From Candidatus Giovannonibacteria bacterium RIFCSPLOWO2_02_FULL_43_54 (GTDB taxonomy: Bacteria; Patescibacteriota; Minisyncoccia; UBA11713; 2-01-FULL-45-33): DNA of 43,698 bases. The translations under genes and the position numbers were made by a program. The number at the start of each line of letters is the position of its first letter. Within the stretch, counting starts at the first letter, position 1. The notes below the pieces were generated by a model that searched no databases, had not been told where the DNA came from, and saw only the letters and a program-made list of their open reading frames with translations. Below are positions 27,657 to 34,388 of this stretch, piece after piece. Location of the stretch: NCBI GenBank assembly GCA_001778875.1, contig MFIK01000010.1, forward strand, positions 4,936-48,633, given 5' to 3'.

Positions 27657-28421
27657 ATGTTAGACGAACTCAAAAAGATCGGGTTGTCGGAGAACGAGGC
27701 GGAAGTATATATTGCGCTTCTTGAATTGGGTTCTGCCACGGCGCAGGAGATTGCCGCAAAGTCCGGCATAAAGCGGACAACCATCTATGTGCAAATTGAA
27801 GCCCTCCTGAAAATTGGGCTCGTTTCGTCTTTTGAAAAAGAGATGAGTAAGGGGAAAGTCCCGAAAACGTATTTCAGGGCGGAGGATCCGGAAAATCTTA
27901 AACGCGTTGTCGAAAAAGAAAAATCAACCACACAGGAAAAGGAAGACTCTCTCAAAAAAACTCTCCCTGATCTGGAAAGGCTTTTCCTTTCTTCGGGTGA
28001 GCGTCCGCGCGTAAGATTCTTTGAGGGTGTGGAAGGACTTAATGCTATGCAGGATGAATTTTTGAAAACTAAAGATAATTTGGTAGAGACTATTTCTTCA
28101 TTAGACGACGTTTTAAGAATTTTTCCTCAACATCCGGAAAAAAATACGCCTAGACGCATAAAAAGGCATATTGCCTCCAAACTTATCTATACATCTTCAC
28201 GAGGACCATTTCTTGAAAAAGAAAATAAAGAAATGCTGCGCGAAACACGTTATTTCCCGCCGGATAAATTTCATTTTTCCTGCGATATTGCTATTTACGG
28301 GAATATTGTCGCAATTTCCTCGTTACGAGGAGAACCGTTCGGGATAATTATAGAAAGTGAGCAGATTGCGAATTCCATGCGATCAATGTTTTATCTTGCC
28401 TGGAAAGGTGCGGATAAATAA
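27657..28421 (+). CDS. TrmB-family transcriptional regulator (winged helix plus effector-binding domain)
   Basis: IGLSENEAEVYIALLELG, IAAKSGIKRTTIY, PRVRFFEGVEG and C-terminal IAIYGNIVAI...IANSMRSMFYLAW; TATAAT just upstream of ATG 27657. Confidence 0.88.
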   Translation: MLDELKKIGLSENEAEVYIALLELGSATAQEIAAKSGIKRTTIYVQIEALLKIGLVSSFEKEMSKGKVPKTYFRAEDPENLKRVVEKEKSTTQEKEDSLKKTLPDLERLFLSSGERPRVRFFEGVEGLNAMQDEFLKTKDNLVETISSLDDVLRIFPQHPEKNTPRRIKRHIASKLIYTSSRGPFLEKENKEMLRETRYFPPDKFHFSCDIAIYGNIVAISSLRGEPFGIIIESEQIANSMRSMFYLAWKGADK

Positions 28422-28436
28422 ATTAAATAAAAATTC

Positions 28437-28468
28437 AGCCGTACTGGGGTACCAGTACGGCTTTTTTT
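28437..28468. terminator. Intrinsic terminator after trmB, possibly bidirectional
   Basis: AGCCGTACTGG-GGTA-CCAGTACGGCT followed by a T run, with A-rich sequence upstream. Confidence 0.85.
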
Positions 28469-28596
28469 GATCAGGTATTCTGCCCGATCAAACGCAAAAC
28501 AGTAATTTATGCTTTTTTGCAAAACACATCTTTACACATCCTTTTGTTAGATCGGTTGCCAATAGCGACCAAAAAAAACAAGACAACAAACAAGTC

Positions 28597-28728
28597 TCAA
28601 TCCGCAATTTTTATAGTCCGTGCATTTCGCATCACTTCCTTTCCTCCTTGTGATGCCGCTTTGCGTTCGAGTGTACCCCCCAAGCATAGCGACCAAGCCG
28701 CTAAGAGGGGAAAGTTGATATTTTCCAT
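28597..28728 (-). CDS. 43-aa small ORF convergent on trmB (not in the ORF track)
   Basis: MENINFPLLAAWSLCLGGTLERKAASQGGKEVMRNARTIKIAD; SD GAGGAGG upstream; has its own promoter. Confidence 0.5.
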   Translation of the reverse strand: MENINFPLLAAWSLCLGGTLERKAASQGGKEVMRNARTIKIAD

Positions 28729-28771
28729 TTACCCTCCTCACGGCAAGTTGTTGAATTTACATTCTGTTGTA

Positions 28772-28800
28772 AGTCTAGCATATCTAATTTTAAAAGTCAA
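28772..28800 (-). promoter_or_regulatory. Sigma70-type promoter with extended -10 (minus strand)
   Basis: TTGACT, 17 bp, TAGACT, with the TGn extension (TGcTAGACT). Confidence 0.7.
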
Positions 28801-28871
28801 TAGGTGTCATCTGATTACAAAACATTTCAAAATGCAAAATAATGGCTTTAAATAAGAGCTTTTTTGCTAAA

Positions 28872-28889
28872 ATGACATATTTATGTCAT
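28872..28889. promoter_or_regulatory. Palindromic operator candidate
   Basis: ATGACATA-TT-TATGTCAT, ending 6 bp before the -35 of the + strand promoter. Confidence 0.6.
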
Positions 28890-28895
28890 AGGTAC

Positions 28896-28924
28896 TTGAC
28901 AAGAATTCAAAACGGGAGTATACT
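28896..28924 (+). promoter_or_regulatory. Near-consensus sigma70 promoter driving the ORF/structured-RNA array
   Basis: TTGACA (28896-28901), 17 bp, TATACT (28919-28924). Confidence 0.85.
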
Positions 28925-29160
28925 GACAAAAGTTAAGTCTTAACAATTTGTCAGTAGCCAAACGGTTGGCGGAACTTTTCTAGGCAGGGCATCGATCTTT
29001 AATAAAAAACAATTTGATCGCCCCTGAACCACTTTAGAGGTTTTAGGCTAATCACAAGGTTATTGATACATGGGTAGGGTCTCCTGAGGAGACCAGAAGT
29101 CAGATTAGACATGGGTGTCTGACTTCCGGTCTCCTCAAAATTTAAAAAAATAGGAGGCCT

Positions 29161-29253
29161 ATGATTCGAGTCGGTAACCGGATCCTCTGGGTCGGCAAGG
29201 ACGGATTGCTCTATAGCACCCGCACCGCCGCCCTTGAGTCCTTCAAGGACTGA
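29161..29253 (+). CDS. 30-aa small ORF (not in the ORF track)
   Basis: MIRVGNRILWVGKDGLLYSTRTAALESFKD; AGGAGG at 29152-29157, only 3 nt before the ATG. Confidence 0.5.
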   Translation: MIRVGNRILWVGKDGLLYSTRTAALESFKD

Positions 29254-29258
29254 CAAAT

Positions 29259-29470
29259 GAGGGTCAAGTGGGAGACCTGCCTGCCGGCAGGCAGGAAAAT
29301 CCCGGAGCCGGTAAGTCGGCTTGGCAACAGAACCCCCCGCGAACGGGGAAACTTGATGGAAAGTCAAAGTACCTTCTTCTCCGGTTCAAACCCGGACTTC
29401 CATCAAAGTTCTAACATTCCAACATTCTGCAGAATATAAGAATGTTACGGAATGAGGATTTTGATGGGAG
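29259..29470 (+). ncRNA. Structured module 1, ending in conserved hairpin copy 1 (29397-29470)
   Basis: Nested stems GAGGGT/ACCTTC and CAAGT/ACTTG enclose several hairpins, then TCCGG/CCGGA and CTTCCATCAAAG/TTTTGATGGGAG. Confidence 0.55.
29276..29295. repeat. Perfect 20-bp palindrome CCTGCCTGCCGGCAGGCAGG (REP-like)
   Basis: Seen directly; a degenerate copy lies inside nrtR at 8546-8566. Confidence 0.8.
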
Positions 29471-29512
29471 TAAAAATTCCCAAAGTTGAAAAACAATATG
29501 ACAGGCTCCGTG

Positions 29513-29741
29513 GTGAGACGGCGTCCCGTGCCTGCGAAAGCGGGGCGGTGGGCTTGGAGGGGATCGTAAGCCCCCGTAAGCCAGTCTATGACTATCCCAG
29601 GAGAAAGGTACGCTTAACCCCTCCGAAGGCGGTCTGCAGACTGCCATCTCACTCCGGTTAAAAATTTAACCGGCTTCCATCAAAGTTTATTTTATTTAGC
29701 AATCGGATTGCTAAGTGGCAAAAAGTAAATTTTGATGGGAG
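29513..29741 (+). ncRNA. Structured module 2, ending in conserved hairpin copy 2 (29674-29741)
   Basis: Closing stem GTGAGA/TCTCAC, a GAAA-tetraloop hairpin, GGAGGGG/CCCCTCC, then CCGGTTA/TAACCGG and the conserved hairpin. Confidence 0.55.
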
Positions 29742-29824
29742 CGTAAAAATGAGAACATTCACGCTCCAAGGAGTAAAAGGATAGTTCTTTTTAAAAAATA
29801 GTTCAGAAAAATTTGGAGGACGAG

Positions 29825-30040
29825 ATGAACCAATGGTTTCGTTATTTTCTTGGAACTCCGCAAAGATTTTTGCGGACGTTCGTGGTAGTTGGTCTGATTG
29901 TCGTGATTTTAAACCCCGGCCTACTTGCGTTGGCAGTAAACCGTTTTCTTGGAGAGATGAACCCGCTTATCGGGCCTCTTCTGCAAATCGGAATTGTTGT
30001 CGCCGGCATTAGAATAATACTCTTCGGCCGGAAAAAATGA
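29825..30040 (+). CDS. Small membrane protein, hypothetical
   Basis: SD GGAGG at 29815-29819; two hydrophobic segments and a basic C-terminus. Confidence 0.75.
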   Translation: MNQWFRYFLGTPQRFLRTFVVVGLIVVILNPGLLALAVNRFLGEMNPLIGPLLQIGIVVAGIRIILFGRKK

Positions 30041-30119
30041 AAAACGGGCCAGTGGTTTAGACAAAGGGAGTAACAATGCATGGCGCCTTTCGCCATATCC
30101 GAAACCAAGAGGAGGTACC

Positions 30120-30470
30120 ATGGAAGTATTTCTTTACCGTTCGGACGATGAAGAAGGCGCAAGCAACGGCGGCGGTTTTACCAGGCTCCTGTGCGTGGAT
30201 CGGAAGGTCCACGTTACACACAGCGGAAGCTGGTACGACCAGACCGGTTGCGAGTACGACGCCTTTGATTCAGAAAACTGGGAAGTAACCGGGCCATGCG
30301 ACGGCAGTTGTACCCCAAAAGGGTTTCTAACTGTCGAAGCAGTGGATCTGGTCAACCGATTCTTAAGTTCCGATGGCAAGGATTTGCACGGGTGGTCGAA
30401 AACCACTAAGCGCTATCCTGATGCCAAGCGGAACGAAGATCGGACACCCAGGAGACTGAATCGCTGGTAG
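30120..30470 (+). CDS. Hypothetical protein
   Basis: SD GAGGAGG upstream; 116 aa; no recognised family. Confidence 0.7.
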   Translation: MEVFLYRSDDEEGASNGGGFTRLLCVDRKVHVTHSGSWYDQTGCEYDAFDSENWEVTGPCDGSCTPKGFLTVEAVDLVNRFLSSDGKDLHGWSKTTKRYPDAKRNEDRTPRRLNRW

Positions 30471-30693
30471 TCCTAACCGTTTACACAAACGTAATGTGCC
30501 GTGGGGTTAAGGCAAAGATAACCCACGTTAAAGGGCGTCCGGCTCATATAGAGCCTTAAGCTGCCCTGACCTAAACTCGGTTTAGGTCAAAAGTGCCGAG
30601 GATCTAGCAACGGAAGTCATAGCGCTTCCGGCTTCCATCAAAGCTTCTCTTCTCTAATTCGCGCGAATAGGAGAATAGAGATTTTGATGGGAG
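30468..30693 (+). ncRNA. Structured module 3, ending in conserved hairpin copy 3 (30632-30693)
   Basis: Four successive hairpins (e.g. TGACCTAAAC/GTTTAGGTCA), then CGGAAG/CTTCCG and the conserved hairpin. Confidence 0.55.
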
Positions 30694-30751
30694 TAATGGA
30701 TAGCTCTTTGTTTAAAATATATAGTCAAAAACAGAAAAGGAGAAAACTAAA

Positions 30752-30943
30752 ATGAAATGTCCGGATTGCGATGAAGAAATGGATAGAGAAGACGGTGCGA
30801 GCATTAAGGGTGCACCAAACTGCATTTATTCGTGTGAAGAGTGCGGGAGCGAATTCGTGTGGACGAAAGGCGTGAAAGGATTGAGGCGGATTGCTGAGGG
30901 AGTCCCGAACTCCGCGGCAATTTTGAACAGAAACCATTTCTGA
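30752..30943 (+). CDS. Small zinc-ribbon protein
   Basis: CPDC and CEEC pairs; SD AAGGAG upstream. Confidence 0.75.
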   Translation: MKCPDCDEEMDREDGASIKGAPNCIYSCEECGSEFVWTKGVKGLRRIAEGVPNSAAILNRNHF

Positions 30944-30962
30944 AGAAAAGGGAGGCAAGCTA

Positions 30963-31580
30963 ATGAGCGAAAAGTGCGGCTGGGAGCTTGAAACTCTCAG
31001 CGAACTTTGCTCGCTCTGGCGAAGCGGTGCACATGGATATTCGCTGGAGTTCCTCGCGGATACCATTTGCACCAACCTTGCGCGGCAACGCAGATTCGGC
31101 GGAGACGAAGTTGGCGTGAAAGTTGCTTTAGAGCTTCTTTCCTCAGATCTAAGTCTTGCCGAATCGGCGCTTGAAGATATTCTTGCAAAAGAATTATTCA
31201 AAGCCGTACTGGGCTTCGTTAAGAAGATCCGGCGAAACGGACTTGAGCGGTATGATGATTGCGATAAGTTGTATGATGTCGCGAGCGAGGGCAACCACCT
31301 TCTATGTGACTACGACTCATTTCATCTGCTACTCAAGACATTGTCGGATGCTTCACTTCCGCAATCGGGGCGCGAGAAGCTCGCAAAAGAAAAAGCGTGG
31401 TTTTCGTTAACCACACGGCTTCTTGAGCGGTACTTCTATGTGTTCTGGTCTGCGTCGCTCATGGCGGACGGTTATTGCCGACACTGGAAAGTTGAAAGCA
31501 ATAATCCGCTCTCGCTCATGAAGCACATCGTGGAACTTCCGGAAGGAACAAGTTATGAAGAGTTTAAACGCTCTCTGTAA
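30963..31580 (+). CDS. Hypothetical, probably alpha-helical protein
   Basis: SD GGGAGG upstream; 205 aa; no recognised family. Confidence 0.7.
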   Translation: MSEKCGWELETLSELCSLWRSGAHGYSLEFLADTICTNLARQRRFGGDEVGVKVALELLSSDLSLAESALEDILAKELFKAVLGFVKKIRRNGLERYDDCDKLYDVASEGNHLLCDYDSFHLLLKTLSDASLPQSGREKLAKEKAWFSLTTRLLERYFYVFWSASLMADGYCRHWKVESNNPLSLMKHIVELPEGTSYEEFKRSL

Positions 31581-31624
31581 TTTTTTCTTTTTGAGGTTTA
31601 GGGAGTACGAAGTGAACCGGAGAA

Positions 31625-31914
31625 GCAACGCGCAGAATCCCCCGCCTGACTGCGCGGAAAGTTGCCTTGCTCCGTTTGAGACGGAGAGCTCCGACTAGCG
31701 TCGGGAGTTTGCAACACACCAAGCTATAAAAGTTAGAGGCTGAAAGCTATCCCGTTGCAACTGGCGCCCTGCCTAAAAACAGGGCTGGTGATAAATTAAG
31801 GGGAAAAGATTTGCGGAGGATAGGATAAAAAAATCTTATCCCCCTTCCATCAAAGTTTTTATAAAATTATCTACTATGATATATCATGGTACTTTATGAA
31901 AATTTTGACGGGAG
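31625..31914 (+). ncRNA. Structured module 4, ending in conserved hairpin copy 4 (31844-31914)
   Basis: Stems GCAAC/GTTGC, GCGCAG/CTGCGC, CTCCGT/ACGGAG, TTGCAAC/GTTGCAA and GCCCTG/CAGGGC, then GGATAGGAT/ATCTTATCC and the conserved hairpin. Confidence 0.55.
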
Positions 31915-31955
31915 TACCGGAGGAAATTAAATAAAAATATACTAAAAAAGACTTT

Positions 31956-32312
31956 CTAAGCCCGTTTATCGATAGCGGCTTGGAGCTTTTCTTTCCATGT
32001 ATTTTGAGAATGGATTATCCTTTCGGCGCCCAAAGCCATAAGTTCTTTTTTTGTTTTTGCTTTTTCCGCGATGGGCTTCCAATATTTATTTAAAATTACC
32101 TCGCTTTCCGCTTTTGTAAATCGTGACGAAGGCGGTTTTTCAAAAACTTTTTCATCCACTTCGATCGGCTCCGACAAATCAACAACAAACGCGGCGTTGC
32201 CTTTGCGCTCATTTTCCAAAGCAATCGCTTTAGGGAAAACTGTTCCTCTATATCCATTGAACCCTTCGATTTCATTAACAAAACTGAACAAAGATTTTGG
32301 CTGATTTTCCAT
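31956..32312 (-). CDS. Hypothetical protein
   Basis: 118-aa ORF with protein-like composition, convergent on the array. Confidence 0.65.
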   Translation of the reverse strand: MENQPKSLFSFVNEIEGFNGYRGTVFPKAIALENERKGNAAFVVDLSEPIEVDEKVFEKPPSSRFTKAESEVILNKYWKPIAEKAKTKKELMALGAERIIHSQNTWKEKLQAAIDKRA

Positions 32313-32425
32313 GAACGGGAACCTTTCCGGATCAGGTAAGCTAGGCTTACTCTCTGGGCCGCTTCCATATTATAAATATTAACTTAATTTGGAATTTTTA
32401 GCAAATACTGCTATATTTTTCTGAT

Positions 32426-32526
32426 GCTCCTGTCGTCCCCGCCTGCAACGCTATGCCAACCCGTATCGCTACGCGAAGCGTTGCTGGCGGGCGTAGCATT
32501 GCGGGCAAGTAGTCTGGTTAGTCACG
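32426..32526 (+). pseudogene. 5' remnant of a tRNA gene interrupted by a 72-bp palindrome
   Basis: Removing 32438-32509 gives GCTCCTGTCGTCTAGTCTGGTTAGTCAC, similar to the 5' half of the adjacent tRNA-Glu; no T-arm is seen. Confidence 0.55.
32438..32509. repeat. 72-bp nested palindromic element, copy 1
   Basis: Differs at 3 positions from the copy in cysS (41337-41408). Confidence 0.9.
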
Positions 32527-32549
32527 ATTTTCTTGAAATTTTAATCCAC

Positions 32550-32624
32550 GGCCTCATCGTCTAGTCTGGTCTAGGACACACGGTTCTCATCCGTGGAACT
32601 CGGGTTCAAATCCCGATGAGGCCA
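32550..32624 (+). tRNA. tRNA-Glu (anticodon CTC)
   Basis: Acceptor GGCCTCA/TGAGGCC, anticodon arm CACGG-TTCTCAT-CCGTG, T-arm TCGGG-TTCAAAT-CCCGA; CCA is not encoded. Confidence 0.95.
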
Positions 32625-32691
32625 TATTTATAGAATGCATTTGATAAATCCAGGCGCGGGAGCTAAGGATAGGTCAGATACAGGTATTTGA

Positions 32692-33018
32692 ATGTTGCGA
32701 AAAGTTTTCTTTGATGTGGCTACGGATTTGATCAAACTTTACTTATTTTTTACCGGTCCATGGCGGCGAGCAAAGTTTTATACAGCATGGAATTTCTATC
32801 AACAGGATGATGTGTACCGCGAGCGACTGAGGGCTTTGGGCTTTAAATTTGCCGTCAGCGCTTTTTTGGACAGCAAGGCGAATCAAAAATATTGTCTAAA
32901 GATGGAGCTCCTGCGGCACCCCGAACTGAAATGGCGGATAATCTTTCTGCCGTGGACGATTGAGCGACCCGATATTTTCGACATTGCCACAAATTCCGGA
33001 ATTACTTCATACAGCTAA
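32692..33018 (+). CDS. Hypothetical protein
   Basis: 108-aa ORF followed directly by a terminator. Confidence 0.55.
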   Translation: MLRKVFFDVATDLIKLYLFFTGPWRRAKFYTAWNFYQQDDVYRERLRALGFKFAVSAFLDSKANQKYCLKMELLRHPELKWRIIFLPWTIERPDIFDIATNSGITSYS

Positions 33019-33046
33019 AAAGCCCATCTGCAGTGGGGCTTTTTTA
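33016..33046. terminator. Bidirectional-type intrinsic terminator
   Basis: TAAAAAGCCC...GGGCTTTTTTA. Confidence 0.75.
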
Positions 33047-33074
33047 TTTAAATAAAAATGTTAAACTTAACATA

Positions 33075-34124
33075 ATGATGCTCTACATTATCTTAGCTTT
33101 GGCGGGAGGAATAGCGGTTGGTGCCATAATATTTTATTTTTTGGGAAAAAGAGGCGGACAAGATGAAGGCGGCGAAAAAGAATCGCAGGCGTTTTTGATG
33201 CTACAAAACCAGATAAATGAACTGCACCGCGCGGTGGATCAGAAAATGGGGGAGTCGACGAAAATAATGCAGCATCAGTTCGGCGAATCATCAAAACTTG
33301 TCCGCGACGTGACGGAACGTTTAACGAAATTGGACGAAACCAACCGCCAAGTTATAGGGTTTACCGACCAGCTGCAAAACCTGCAGGATATTTTGAAAAA
33401 CCCGAAACAAAGGGGTATTTTGGGTGAATATTATCTGGAAACCCTTTTAAAAAATGTTCTACCTCCGGGGAGCTATCAGATGCAGTATCCTTTCAAGGAC
33501 GGGACAATAGTGGACGCGGTTGTATTCGTTAAAGAAAAAATAATCCCAATAGATTCAAAATTTTCCATAGAAAACTATAACCGTCTCGTTGAAGAACGGG
33601 ACTCTAATGAAAAAGAAAGGCTGGAAAAATTATTCAAACAGGATTTAAAAAACAGGATAGATGAGACCGCAAAATACGTTAAACCCGAAGAAGGGACACT
33701 CGATTTTGCTTTTATGTTTATCCCGCACGAAGCGATTTACTACGATTTGCTCGTGGCACAGGTCGGTGCGGTGAAAGTGAATACGCGCGACCTTATTGAA
33801 TACGCTTTCAAAGAAAGGCACGTTATTATCGTCTCACCTACCTCATTTTTGGCTTATTTGCAGACTGTTTTGCAAGGATTAAAGGCGCTGCAAATCGAGG
33901 AATCTGCCAAAGAAATAAGACAGCGCGTGGAAGAATTGGGCAGGCATCTTATGAGCTACGAAGATTTTATGAATAAGATCGGTAAAAATTTAGGAACGAC
34001 TGTTTCCGCCTACAACAGCGCGTCAAAGGAATTCAAAAAAATAGATAAAGATGTCATGCGGATAACCGGAAAAGGGATTGAATCTGACCTCGGTCTGCTT
34101 GAAAAACCGGAGGAAACGGAGTAA
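33075..34124 (+). CDS. rmuC: DNA recombination protein RmuC
   Basis: N-terminal transmembrane helix, coiled coil, and PKQRGILGE, IPIDSKF, TLDFAFMFIP and VSPT motifs. Confidence 0.92.
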   Translation: MMLYIILALAGGIAVGAIIFYFLGKRGGQDEGGEKESQAFLMLQNQINELHRAVDQKMGESTKIMQHQFGESSKLVRDVTERLTKLDETNRQVIGFTDQLQNLQDILKNPKQRGILGEYYLETLLKNVLPPGSYQMQYPFKDGTIVDAVVFVKEKIIPIDSKFSIENYNRLVEERDSNEKERLEKLFKQDLKNRIDETAKYVKPEEGTLDFAFMFIPHEAIYYDLLVAQVGAVKVNTRDLIEYAFKERHVIIVSPTSFLAYLQTVLQGLKALQIEESAKEIRQRVEELGRHLMSYEDFMNKIGKNLGTTVSAYNSASKEFKKIDKDVMRITGKGIESDLGLLEKPEETE

Positions 34125-34157
34125 ACTAAATGCAGATATCGCATTCAGGGAGGGGAA

Positions 34158-34346
34158 ATGGCCGCAAGGCGGTTTAAAAATAAAAAAACGTTAAAGAAAA
34201 AGCATAGGAATTTTGCCCAAATGATAAAGTACGCAAGCCCGCGAGAAATCGAAAAAATATTAAAACGAGTGAGTAAGATTATTAATGAGCTAAACAAAAC
34301 AAGAAAAGTAAAGCCATCATCACTAAAACGCCCAATGGACATGTAG
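34158..34346 (+). CDS. Small basic hypothetical protein
   Basis: SD GGGAGG upstream; lysine-rich 62 aa; hairpin AAAACGCCC/GGGCGTTTT overlaps its end. Confidence 0.45.
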   Translation: MAARRFKNKKTLKKKHRNFAQMIKYASPREIEKILKRVSKIINELNKTRKVKPSSLKRPMDM

Positions 34347-34388
34347 GGCGTTTTGTTTTAACTTTTGTTTAGATGCTATATTACAAAT

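Noticed and set aside
29259-29652. Group II intron, RNase P, tmRNA or SRP RNA identity for the structured modules
   Set aside because: I could not find domain V, the RNase P P4 consensus, tRNA-like ends or the SRP helix 8 motif; cmscan is needed to exclude these formally.
28999-29661. ORF-track entries 28999-29367(-), 29257-29439(+), 29411-29647(-) and 29452-29661(+)
   Set aside because: No convincing RBS, Pro/Arg/Gly-biased translations, and they overlap palindromic structured sequence; likely spurious.
29397-31914. CRISPR array interpretation of the repeated hairpin arms
   Set aside because: The two 12-nt arms are complementary rather than direct repeats, unit spacing is irregular (about 280-1200 bp) and no cas genes are present.
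29397-31914. Canonical integron attC sites
   Set aside because: No RYYYAAC...GTTRRRY ends, no tyrosine integrase in the window, and the hairpins do not abut the ORF stop codons. Only a non-canonical analogy is kept as a hypothesis.
28421-32550. Prophage or integrative element inserted at tRNA-Glu
   Set aside because: No integrase or phage structural genes, and no duplicated tRNA 3' end bounding the region.
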